From Dehalococcoidia bacterium (GTDB lineage Bacteria > Chloroflexota > Dehalococcoidia > Lucifugimonadales > UBA3495), in contig DAOULH010000025.1 in assembly GCA_034420475.1 (NCBI GenBank), positions 1,593 through 65,592 on the forward strand: 64,000 nucleotides of DNA, in the 5' to 3' direction. Below, piece after piece: positions 54,948 to 63,629 of this stretch. Position 1 is the stretch's first letter. Each line of letters starts with the position of its first letter. Both the position numbers and the translations under genes were made by a program. The notes under the pieces were generated by a model. The model worked only from the letters and a program-made list of their open reading frames with translations, was not told where the DNA came from and did no database searches.

Positions 54948-56543
54948 ATGGGCAGCAAGCACAATATCGCCGACGTCCTGGTCATCGGGGCCGGGGCTTC
55001 CGGCGGGGCTTTCACCTGGAGCCTGACCCAGGCCGGCGTCAAGGTGGTGTGCCTGGAGCAGGGCGGCTGGGTGCCGCTCAACGCCTTTCCGGTAAACGAG
55101 CCACAGGCGCAACTGCACTGGCAGACTGACTTCCATCCCAACCCCAACTTCCGCGGGTTGCCGGAGGACTATCCGGTCAACGAGGATGACACCCCCATCG
55201 CGCCGTACATGTACAACGCGGTGGGCGGCAGCACCATCCACTGGGGTTCCCACTTCCCCCGGTTCCATCCGTCGGACTTCCGCCTGAAATCGCTGGACGG
55301 CGTGGCCGACGACTGGCCCATGGACTACTTCGAGCTGGAACCGTACTACGACCAGAACGACCGCGCCCACGGCGTCAGCGGATTGCAGGGCGACCCGGCC
55401 TACCCGCCGAAGCCGGCCCGGCCCACGCCGCCGCTGCCCATCGGCCCGGGCGGCGAGAAACTGGCGCGAGCCTTCAACCAGCTGGGTTGGCACTGGTGGT
55501 CATCGGACAATGCCGTTGCCTCCACTGCCTACGACGGTCGGCCGGCGGACGTGGGTGAGTACCTGCGCTCTCCGTCCAGCAGCGACATCATCTTCTGGCC
55601 CGCCGCTCTCAAGCAGGGCGCGCGCCTCATCACCCACGCCCGCGTGCGGGAGATCCTGGTGGATGCCGCTGGTCGAGCCACCGGGGCCGCCTACTATGAC
55701 CGCAACGGCAATCTCCAGGCGCAGCACGCGAAAGTCGTGGTGCTGGCCGGCAACGGCATCGGCACCTCGCGGCTGCTGCTCAACTCCAAGAGCGCGCTGT
55801 TCCCCGATGGGCTGGCCAACAGCAGCGGGCAGGTGGGACGCAACCTGATGCACCATCCCTGCGGCTATGCGCTGGGCCTGTTCGACGAGGACCTGGGCCC
55901 CGACGACGGGCCACGCGGTTCCTCCATGCTGAGCCAGGAATTCTACGAGACCGACCCGCGGCGGGGATTCGTGCGCGGGTACGACATGCAGATTTCCAAC
56001 GTGGGCGGCGCTCCGTTGCAGATCGCGTTAGGCGGATTGGTCGGCCAGCAAGTGGAATGGGGCGAAGGACACCACCGTGACTTCGCGGAACGTTTCCGGC
56101 ACCAGATGGGCATCGTCATCATGACCGAGGACCTGCCGGAAGAGCACAACACGGTGACGCTGGACCCCACGCTCACGGACAGCCACGGCATCCCCGCGCC
56201 CAAGATCGACTACACGGTGAGCGACAATACCTGGGCCATGCTGGACCATGGCATCGCCCGCGCCACCGAGGTTCTGGAAGCGGCCGGCGCCAAAAAGGTC
56301 GTCTCCTCCCGGCTGCGTCGCAACGCGGGCTGGCACCTGCTGGGCACCGCGCGCATGGGTTCCGACCCCGACCGCTCGGTGGTTGACCGCTGGGGCCGCG
56401 CCCACGACGTGCCCAACCTGTTCATCATCGACGGCAGCATCTTCACCACCGGGGCCTGCATCAACCCGACTACCACGATCCAGGCGCTGGCGCTGCGCAC
56501 CGCCGACTACCTGAAGGGAGAGGGTTCTTCCGCAATCTCCTAG
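54948..56543 (+). CDS. GMC family oxidoreductase
   Basis: DVLVIGAGASGG FAD fold and a typical C-terminal GTARMG...NLFIIDGSIF. AGGAG lies upstream of the ATG at 54948. Confidence 0.85.
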   Translation: MGSKHNIADVLVIGAGASGGAFTWSLTQAGVKVVCLEQGGWVPLNAFPVNEPQAQLHWQTDFHPNPNFRGLPEDYPVNEDDTPIAPYMYNAVGGSTIHWGSHFPRFHPSDFRLKSLDGVADDWPMDYFELEPYYDQNDRAHGVSGLQGDPAYPPKPARPTPPLPIGPGGEKLARAFNQLGWHWWSSDNAVASTAYDGRPADVGEYLRSPSSSDIIFWPAALKQGARLITHARVREILVDAAGRATGAAYYDRNGNLQAQHAKVVVLAGNGIGTSRLLLNSKSALFPDGLANSSGQVGRNLMHHPCGYALGLFDEDLGPDDGPRGSSMLSQEFYETDPRRGFVRGYDMQISNVGGAPLQIALGGLVGQQVEWGEGHHRDFAERFRHQMGIVIMTEDLPEEHNTVTLDPTLTDSHGIPAPKIDYTVSDNTWAMLDHGIARATEVLEAAGAKKVVSSRLRRNAGWHLLGTARMGSDPDRSVVDRWGRAHDVPNLFIIDGSIFTTGACINPTTTIQALALRTADYLKGEGSSAIS

Positions 56544-56553
56544 CCCCACGCAC

Positions 56554-57111
56554 ATGCGCATCACTACCGAGCGACTGTTCCTGCGGGAGTTCGGGGAAGA
56601 CGACTGGCGGGTCGTGCTGGATTACCAGCGCGACCCGCTTTATCTTCGCTACTACCCGTGGGAAGACCGCAGCGAAGCCGACGCACGGGCATTCGTCGAT
56701 ATGTTCCGGCTCTGGCAGACGGAACAACCAAGGCGCCGGTTCCAGCTGGCCATCATCCATCGGGAGAACGGCGAGTTGATCGGCAACTGTGGTCTCCGCC
56801 GCAAGCCGGACAACGAGTGGGAGGCCGATGTCGGTTACGAACTGTCTCCGCGCTACTGGGGATGCGGCTATGCTACGGAGGCAGCCTGGGCCATGGTGGA
56901 TTTCGGGTTCCGTGAACTGGGTCTGCGGCGGATCTCATCCTGGTGCATCGCCGACAACGTGGCCTCTGCCCGGGTGCTGGAACGGCTGGGGTTCCGGCAG
57001 GAAGGAAGGTTGCGCAGCAACGAATTCTTCAAGGGCCGATGGTGGGATACACTATTGTATGCGCTGCTGGCGGAGGAGTGGCAATGTACTCCGGAATCTG
57101 CCGGCAGCTGA
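56554..57111 (+). CDS. GNAT family N-acetyltransferase (RimJ/RimL-like)
   Basis: TERLFLREF...GNCGLR...WGCGYATEAA...ADNVASARVLERLGF. Confidence 0.85.
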   Translation: MRITTERLFLREFGEDDWRVVLDYQRDPLYLRYYPWEDRSEADARAFVDMFRLWQTEQPRRRFQLAIIHRENGELIGNCGLRRKPDNEWEADVGYELSPRYWGCGYATEAAWAMVDFGFRELGLRRISSWCIADNVASARVLERLGFRQEGRLRSNEFFKGRWWDTLLYALLAEEWQCTPESAGS

Positions 57112-57138
57112 ACCTGACCATCAGCCTACGGAGGAACC

Positions 57139-57516
57139 ATGCCCAAGATCGTGCACTTTGAACTGCCCTTTGACGACGCCGAGCGTGCCAACAAGTTCTA
57201 CGCCGACGTGTTCGGCTGGCAGTCCAGCAAGTGGGACGGGCCGGAAGAGTACTACCTGCAACAGACGGGCGGGGACGACGAGCCCTACGGCATCGGCGGC
57301 GCGCTCATCGCCCGCGCTTCCGCATGGAACGGAGGCGGCGCCCTCGTTATCATCGGCGTGGATGACCTGGATGCCTACACGGAAAAGGTGAGCGCAGCCG
57401 GATGTGAAATCGTCACGCCCCGGACCGCAGTCCCCGGTGTCGGCTGGTTCGTCAACTTCCGCGATACCGAGGGCAACGTAGTGGGGATGTTCATGGACGA
57501 CAACAGCGCGGCGTAG
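57139..57516 (+). CDS. VOC (glyoxalase/bleomycin resistance) family protein
   Basis: IVHFELPFDDAERANKFYADVFGW...VNFRDTEGNVVGM. Confidence 0.8.
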   Translation: MPKIVHFELPFDDAERANKFYADVFGWQSSKWDGPEEYYLQQTGGDDEPYGIGGALIARASAWNGGGALVIIGVDDLDAYTEKVSAAGCEIVTPRTAVPGVGWFVNFRDTEGNVVGMFMDDNSAA

Positions 57517-57517
57517 G

Positions 57518-58057
57518 TTAGTCATCCGCGGGAGTGGCTTCCGGCTCCCGCGTTGTCGGGTCGGGCTGGCTTGCTGGAGGCGGTGCAACGAACACGGGAG
57601 GGCCGCCGGGCTCGGGATGGGAATGATTCACCAGCGCGTTGATGATGTCACCTTTCATCTGCGCCATCTGTTGCATCAGCTCCCGGTGCGACTGGTCGAT
57701 CTTATCGCTCAGATCCCGGTGCGAGTGGTCGATTTTGTCGCTCAGTTCACTGCGGGTTTGATCGATCTTCTCGTTCAGATCATTGCGGGTCCGAACGATT
57801 TTATCGCTAAGGTCACTGCGGGTCTGATCGATCTTCTCGTTCAGATCATTGCGGGTGTGATCAATTTTACCGCTAAGTTCACTGCGGGTCTCGCCGATCC
57901 TTTCGTTGGTTTCCCCCAGCTTGTCGGCAAGCTGGTCAACCCGGTTGAACAGCCGGAAAACGAATATCGCCCCAATAGTGATGAACGCCACGATGATCGC
58001 AATCAAGCCGCCGATGATGGCGATTTCGAGCGCGTTGCCGGCTAAAGCGCTTTCCAT
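57518..58057 (-). CDS. membrane-anchored protein with six to seven 11-residue repeats
   Basis: An N-terminal TM helix, then SELSGKIDHTR / NDLNEKIDQTR / SDLSDKIVRTR and further units with strict 33-nt periodicity. Confidence 0.6.
   Translation of the reverse strand: MESALAGNALEIAIIGGLIAIIVAFITIGAIFVFRLFNRVDQLADKLGETNERIGETRSELSGKIDHTRNDLNEKIDQTRSDLSDKIVRTRNDLNEKIDQTRSELSDKIDHSHRDLSDKIDQSHRELMQQMAQMKGDIINALVNHSHPEPGGPPVFVAPPPASQPDPTTREPEATPADD
57652..57883. repeat. 33-nt tandem repeats inside the 57518-58057 CDS
   Basis: The near-identical block ctgcgggtYtgatcgatcttctcgttcagatcattgcgggt occurs twice, 66 nt apart. Confidence 0.8.
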
Positions 58058-58286
58058 ATCAATCTCTCTTGCTATCGGGATTATCGGGCGGTACTGTAAA
58101 CGCTGTCAACCGCAACTTTCCCAATATTTCAAGCGCGTAAGCCTTATGACAATTTTGCACGATCTGGGATGAACTGGGTCGGACATTCTACGAACACCTG
58201 CCGCCGCTGGTTGAGCAGTTGCAGGCGATCATCGACGAAAACCTGCCGGCGAAATTGACCCGCCGGCTTTTCACGGGAGGTAAATC

Positions 58287-59063
58287 ATGGGCCGAATGGA
58301 TGGCAAGGTAGCGATCATCAGCGGCGGCGCACGCGGCATGGGCGCCGAGGAAGTGCGCCTGTTCGCCCGAGAGGGAGCGGAGGTTGTCTTCGGCGACATC
58401 CTGGACGATCTGGGGCAGCAGGTAGAGGCGGATTGCCGTGCCGAGGGCCTCGACGTGGCCTATGCCCACCTGGACGTTACCAGCGAAACGGACTGGCAGG
58501 CCATCGTCGCATTAGCCGAAGAACGCTACGGCAAGCTGGACACGCTGGTGAACAACGCCGGCATCAGCATCTCCGTGGAGGGCGGCGCGCGGAATATCTC
58601 GCTGGAAGACACCAGCGTTGAGCAATGGGATCGAGTGATGGACATCAACTCCAAGGGCGTGTTCCTGGGAACCCGGGCGGCTATCCCGGCCATGCGGCGG
58701 GCCGGCGGCGGGTCGATCATCAACATCTCTTCCATCGCGGGGATGACCGGAGCGTGGTCCCGGTCGCATCCGTACAACGCATCCAAGGGCGCGGTGCGCT
58801 TGTTCACCAAGGCTACCGCCGTGCAGCACGCCCACGAGGGCATCCGCGCCAACTCGGTGCACCCCGGGCCGATAATGACGCCCATGAGCGAATCGACCTA
58901 CGCCGACCCGGAGGTCGCGGCGCAGCGGCTGGCGCTGGTGCCCCTGGGACGGCGCGCGCATCCCATCGAGGTGGCGTATGGCGTGCTGTACCTGGCGTCG
59001 GATGAAGCGTCCTTCGTGACGGGCGCGGAACTGGTCATCGACGGCGGGTGTATTGCCCAGTAG
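58287..59063 (+). CDS. SDR family oxidoreductase
   Basis: KVAIISGGARGMG, NNAG, YNASKGAV (YxxxK). Confidence 0.9.
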   Translation: MGRMDGKVAIISGGARGMGAEEVRLFAREGAEVVFGDILDDLGQQVEADCRAEGLDVAYAHLDVTSETDWQAIVALAEERYGKLDTLVNNAGISISVEGGARNISLEDTSVEQWDRVMDINSKGVFLGTRAAIPAMRRAGGGSIINISSIAGMTGAWSRSHPYNASKGAVRLFTKATAVQHAHEGIRANSVHPGPIMTPMSESTYADPEVAAQRLALVPLGRRAHPIEVAYGVLYLASDEASFVTGAELVIDGGCIAQ

Positions 59064-59106
59064 TGCGGCGGCAAGTAAGATAGCCCCGACGAGCCGGGTC
59101 GGTTGA

Positions 59107-59212
59107 CTGTCATGGCGAGGAGCGCAGCGACGTGGCAATCTCGCAACCAATCAGTGACCGCTACCGTTCCCGTTGCGTCGACGAGATTGCCGCGCTGCGC
59201 TCGCAATGACAG
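59107..59212. repeat. long imperfect inverted repeat (REP/MITE-like) between the SDR and NHL genes
   Basis: CTGTCATGGCGAGGAGCGCAGCGACGTGGCAATCTCG pairs with CGAGATTGCCGCGCTGCGCTCGCAATGACAG across a 38-nt spacer. Confidence 0.65.
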
Positions 59213-59263
59213 TCGGGTTTGGCCGCGCACAACTTACAACACGCATCTGCAAGGGAGAAGATT

Positions 59264-60211
59264 ATGCCTGAAACTTATGGCCAGGGAGATTTTCAGTACA
59301 CCTTCGTCGAGGACTGGCTGAAGCTGCCGGACGGCATGCGCCTGCTGGAGTGCCCCGGCGTGGCCGTGGACGGCGACGACCGCGTGTTCATCCTGACCCG
59401 CGGCGAACATCCCATCATGGTCTTCGACAAGGACGGCAACTTCGAGCGGTCCTTCGGCCAGGGCCACTTCAGCGAGAACCGCACCCACGGGCTGTACTAC
59501 AGCGCTGCGGACGACACCCTGCTGGCCGCCGACGATGGCATCCACACTATCCAGAAGTTCAGCGTCACCGGCGAGAAGCTGATGGAGATCGGCGAGAAGA
59601 ACCATCCGGCGCCCCGCTGGAGCGGCCAGCCCTTCAACCGGCCCACCTCCGCGGCCATCCGGCCCAGCAACGGCGACATCTACGTCTCCGACGGGTACGG
59701 GAACTCGCGCATCCACGTGTACACCGCCGAGGGGCAGTACAAGTTCTCCTGGGGCGAGCCGGGCATCGACGCCGGCCAGTTCATCCGCCCGCACAACATC
59801 GCCTTCGACGAGGACGAGCGCGTGTACGTGGTGGACCGGGAGTGCCACCGCATCCAGCTGTTCGACACCGACGGCAACTTCACGGAGATGTGGAGCAACA
59901 TCCACCGTCCGGACGCCATGGTGTACTGGGGCGGCCATATCTATGTAGGTGAGCTCAACGGCATGGGCGGTGTGGACGACGCGCCGGGACTGGGCCACCG
60001 GGTCACGATCTATGACCGGGACGGCAACCGCGTCTGCGTATTCGGCGCTCCCGAAGAAGGCGAAGGAGCTGGCCAGTTCATCGCGCCGCACGGGATTGCC
60101 GTGGACAGCACCGGCGCCGTGTACGTGTCCGAGGTGTCCTACACCATCCGCGGCAGCCACATGGACCCGCCGCGCGAACTGCGCAGCTTCTCCAAGTACG
60201 CCAAGGCATAG
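59264..60211 (+). CDS. NHL-repeat beta-propeller protein (peptidyl-alpha-hydroxyglycine lyase-like)
   Basis: Repeated blades of the form F..P..iA.d..g.iYVsD/VVD. GGGAGA lies upstream of the ATG at 59264. Confidence 0.75.
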   Translation: MPETYGQGDFQYTFVEDWLKLPDGMRLLECPGVAVDGDDRVFILTRGEHPIMVFDKDGNFERSFGQGHFSENRTHGLYYSAADDTLLAADDGIHTIQKFSVTGEKLMEIGEKNHPAPRWSGQPFNRPTSAAIRPSNGDIYVSDGYGNSRIHVYTAEGQYKFSWGEPGIDAGQFIRPHNIAFDEDERVYVVDRECHRIQLFDTDGNFTEMWSNIHRPDAMVYWGGHIYVGELNGMGGVDDAPGLGHRVTIYDRDGNRVCVFGAPEEGEGAGQFIAPHGIAVDSTGAVYVSEVSYTIRGSHMDPPRELRSFSKYAKA

Positions 60212-60266
60212 ACTTTGCGCCCGCAGTACCGCAGTATAGGGGCGAAAGATCTTTCGCCCCTCGTCT

Positions 60267-60722
60267 GTGTCGGGTGATAACATGGGAAATCCGATGGAAA
60301 ACCGTGATGCTTCCAGAGCAATCGTGATGGCTACCACCGAGACCGACGTCAACGAGACCGTGACAATCAACCGCCAGGTAAAGGCGCATCTGGATGCTGC
60401 CGACCGGGAGTTGATGGTTCCCGACACTGTGAAAAGCTCCGCTGAACTGTGGTCTGCCGTCCGCTTGGCCGCAGTTCTGACGCTCAAACAGCGCGGGTTG
60501 CCCCACGGGACCGACGACGATATTCTGGCATCCATCGACATCCTGGATGATCAGGAAAAGGCTGCCGGGAAGATCAAGCTGAAATACGGCGCCGCGGGCA
60601 TATTCCGCGATAACGCCAGCCACGACTTTATGGAATTGCACGAGTTCTTGTTCTGCCGTCCTTCTGCCACCGAATTCGCGGACTGGATGCAGGCCCTGCT
60701 GGAAAAGAAAATGCCATGCTGA
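60267..60722 (+). CDS. PaREP1/HEPN-like small protein, 151 aa
   Basis: SAELWSAVRLAAVLTLKQRG...FRDNASHDFM pattern. Its stop overlaps the next start (ATGCTGA). Confidence 0.45.
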   Translation: MSGDNMGNPMENRDASRAIVMATTETDVNETVTINRQVKAHLDAADRELMVPDTVKSSAELWSAVRLAAVLTLKQRGLPHGTDDDILASIDILDDQEKAAGKIKLKYGAAGIFRDNASHDFMELHEFLFCRPSATEFADWMQALLEKKMPC

Positions 60723-61087
60723 CCGGAGCGGAGCACGCCAGAGAAGCGTTGGACTGCATCCAGATCAGCCATCAACTAATGGCGCGCGGACGCCGTCGGC
60801 CTGCCTCCGATGTCCTCTGGTTGGCCGTAAAGCACGCCATCAGCGTGATCGGCATCGCAAACGGACAAGATTATGGCAAATATCAGCACAAGCGGGCTGT
60901 AATTCGCAGACTGGCTGACGAGACCAACAATGCTGAACTTAATGACTCCCTAAAAGTGGCGATGCGCATTCACGCCGATGCGGACCAAGGGTTTCTGTCT
61001 GTTTTGGAATTGATTGTACGGCAGCAGCAAACTTTGGACTTTGCTGAACAGCTGCTTGCCATAGCCAATGTAACCAGCGACCACTAG
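60716..61087 (+). CDS. PaREP1/HEPN-like small protein, 123 aa
   Basis: ASDVLWLAVKHAISVIGIANG...RIHADADQGFL pattern. Confidence 0.45.
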   Translation: MLTGAEHAREALDCIQISHQLMARGRRRPASDVLWLAVKHAISVIGIANGQDYGKYQHKRAVIRRLADETNNAELNDSLKVAMRIHADADQGFLSVLELIVRQQQTLDFAEQLLAIANVTSDH

Positions 61088-61098
61088 AGGCAACCAAA

Positions 61099-62166
61099 TT
61101 GACCACTAATTTCACCGACATAACCACCACCACCTGGGACGACGCCCTGTCCGCCATCGAGAAGGGCTACGAGCTGGGCTGGAGCGACGGCCTGCCCGTG
61201 GTGCCTCCCACGACCGCTCGCGTGGCCGAGTTCATCGGTTACTCCGGCCGAAATCTCGACGACGTGATTGGTGAACTGCCGGAACGTCGCCGGGTGATAA
61301 CGGTGGAAAAGGCGGCGGCCAACTCCGTGATGGCCGGCTGCCTGCCCGAGTATTTCCCCGTGGTGCTGGCCGCCACCGAGGCCATGCTGGACCCCGTGTT
61401 CAACCTGGTGGGGCCGTCGTCCAGCATGGGCGGCGCGGCGGTGCTGTGCATCGTCAACGGCCCGATCCGGGAGCAGATCGGGCTGAACAGCCGCAACAAC
61501 CTGTTCGGACCGGGCAACCGCGCCAACGGCACCATCGGCCGCGCCATTCGGCTCATCCTGATGAATGCCTGCGCCGCCATCCCCGGCCTGTTCGACCGGA
61601 GCGTCATCGGACACCCCGGCAAGTACACCTACTGCATCGCCGAGGCGGAGGGCGAAACCCATTGGACTCCCCTGCACGTTGACCGCGGCTTCGACGCCGG
61701 GGACAGCACGGTTACGGTGTTCGCCAGTGAAGCTCCGCGCCAAGTGAGGTCGGTGGGGCGGCCTGAGGCCATCCTGTACGCTATTGCGGACGTGGCGTCG
61801 TCGTTGGGAACGTCGATGTCCACCTCCGGATCGGTGGGCGACGTTTCCGTGGGCATCCGCCAGGGGCAGGTGGGGATCACCATCGCCGGCAACAGCAACC
61901 TGTGGCGGGACTGGACGAAGCAACAGGTCAGGGAGTACCTGCACGCCAACATCCAGCGCTCCGTGGCCGACCTGAAACGCGGGCTGGTTCTGCGCGGCGA
62001 CGTGGAGCCGGGCGATGAGGCGGAGATGGTTCCCCTGATTCCCGAACCGGACGATATTCTGGTAGTATTCGCCGGCGGTGAGGAGTCCAACTCCTCGTCG
62101 GTGATACCCAGCTGGGGACCGAAGGTGGGCTCAACCGCCGTCACCAAGGCAGTCCGTCCCGTCTGA
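61099..62166 (+). CDS. conserved-looking hypothetical protein, 355 aa
   Basis: Long ORF with coding-like composition. Contains GWSDGLPVVPPT, which I cannot assign to a family. Confidence 0.55.
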   Translation: MTTNFTDITTTTWDDALSAIEKGYELGWSDGLPVVPPTTARVAEFIGYSGRNLDDVIGELPERRRVITVEKAAANSVMAGCLPEYFPVVLAATEAMLDPVFNLVGPSSSMGGAAVLCIVNGPIREQIGLNSRNNLFGPGNRANGTIGRAIRLILMNACAAIPGLFDRSVIGHPGKYTYCIAEAEGETHWTPLHVDRGFDAGDSTVTVFASEAPRQVRSVGRPEAILYAIADVASSLGTSMSTSGSVGDVSVGIRQGQVGITIAGNSNLWRDWTKQQVREYLHANIQRSVADLKRGLVLRGDVEPGDEAEMVPLIPEPDDILVVFAGGEESNSSSVIPSWGPKVGSTAVTKAVRPV

Positions 62167-62194
62167 TCATAAACGCCCGGGAACAGGTGAACGC

Positions 62195-62578
62195 ATGACC
62201 TCCCTCAGCCACCGAGCCGACGCCATTTTTGCCGACGCTCGCACGCTCCAAGAAGACGCCTTGGAAATGCTGGAGCTGGGCACAATACGGAACGCTGCCG
62301 AAAAGGCCTGGGGAGCGACCAAGCGAGCCACTGACGCCCTCATCCTGGCGCGTACCGGCAATGAACCTGAAAGGACGCCGGAAACCTCTGCTGAATTGCG
62401 GGCCCTGGCGGGTCGAAACCCCGAAGTGCAGAGCCTGGTTGGGCGCTATTATTCGAGGCAGGGCGTATTGCATGGCGATTGTTTCTATCTGGGCCTTTGC
62501 GAACCTCTGGAGGATACGGAACGTCGCATCCGGGAAACAGCCACTTACATCAACGACGCTGAACGATTGGCTGCATAA
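62195..62578 (+). CDS. PaREP1/HEPN-like small protein, 127 aa
   Basis: AAEKAWGATKRATDALILA...VLHGDCFYLGL. Confidence 0.55.
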   Translation: MTSLSHRADAIFADARTLQEDALEMLELGTIRNAAEKAWGATKRATDALILARTGNEPERTPETSAELRALAGRNPEVQSLVGRYYSRQGVLHGDCFYLGLCEPLEDTERRIRETATYINDAERLAA

Positions 62579-62591
62579 AGGAGAACTGAAC

Positions 62592-63128
62592 ATGGCAACC
62601 CAACAATACACGCTGGTCAACCCGACCACCGAGCCGATCATTGCGCCTTTCGACGGCGCGCCGCGCCTGCCCACCCTGGCCGGCACTCGGGTGGGCCTCA
62701 TCGACGACAGCAAGCGCAACGCGGACGTGCTGCTCGAAGAGTTGGCCGAAGTCCTGCGCAACCGCTACGAGATTCGCGAGGTGCGTTGGCTCCGCAAGCC
62801 CAGCGCGTCGCGACCCGCCGACCCGCAGGAACTGGAGGAATTGGTGGCCAACGTCGACTCGGTGGTGGTCGCCATCGGCGATTGAGGGAGCTGCAGCGCG
62901 TGCAGTGTGCACGACGGAATCCACGTTGAGAAGGCCGGCCTCCCCTCCGCCACCATCTGCACCGACCGGTTCATCCCCACGGCCAACGCCATGGCCAAAA
63001 TGTGGGGGGCGGAAGACTATCCGACGATCTTCACCCAGCATCCCATCGAGAACCTGGACCGTCCCGCCCTGCGGGAACGCGCCGAGGGTCTGGCGACCGA
63101 GGTGGCGGCGATCCTGACGAGCGGCTAA
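62592..63128 (+). CDS. UGSC-type selenoprotein candidate (178 aa) with TGA at 62883-62885 read as selenocysteine
   Basis: AAGGAG lies 9 nt before the ATG at 62592. The ORFs ending at 62885 and starting at 62907 are in the same frame, giving ...VVAIGD-U-GSCSACSVHDG... GC-rich hairpins begin 5 nt after the TGA. Confidence 0.65.
62890..62913 (+). promoter_or_regulatory. candidate bacterial SECIS hairpin(s)
   Basis: Either GCUGCA-gcgcg-UGCAGU (62890-62906) or CGUGCA-gug-UGCACG (62899-62913), directly downstream of the in-frame UGA. Confidence 0.4.
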
Positions 63129-63199
63129 CCCCGCACGTATCGATTTCTCGGCAGGGGCGAATGATCATTCGCCCTTGTTTTTTGCAATGGGTTTGGCTG

Positions 63200-63622
63200 T
63201 CAGTAGGCGACCAATTCTATCCGGTCGCCAAACCGGCGAGAGTCGGCGGTGTTGAACGTGAGAAGACGACGCTCTCCGTGGGCCAGCATGGTTGCGACAA
63301 TGTTGGCGTCGTGGATCTGCCTCCCGCCAATGGGGATTTCTCGAAGCAGCGTGAGTAGCCACCCAGTTGCCGCTATCCCGTCTTCGAGTATCTCGAAGTC
63401 GTTGAGTAGCCAGTTCACGTCATGGAGGGCCTCATTGGAAGTTAATGGCCCTGACCAAATTTGCGGGCGGGTGACCACCGCCAGATACTCACGTACAACT
63501 TGGCGGCTGATCCTCAACGGTTCCGCTCCCTGACGTGCAGTGGTCAACAGTTCCCTGGCGATTTCGTGATGCGGTGCTCCGGCAGCACGAGAATTTACCA
63601 GCACGTTGGTGTCAACAAACAT
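63200..63622 (-). CDS. vapC: PIN-domain toxin VapC
   Basis: MFVDTNVLV..., the later acidic residue in FEILEDG, and DANIVATML...LLTFN. The start is taken at the ATG at 63622, 8 nt after the upstream stop. Confidence 0.8.
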   Translation of the reverse strand: MFVDTNVLVNSRAAGAPHHEIARELLTTARQGAEPLRISRQVVREYLAVVTRPQIWSGPLTSNEALHDVNWLLNDFEILEDGIAATGWLLTLLREIPIGGRQIHDANIVATMLAHGERRLLTFNTADSRRFGDRIELVAY

Positions 63623-63629
63623 CGGGGAG

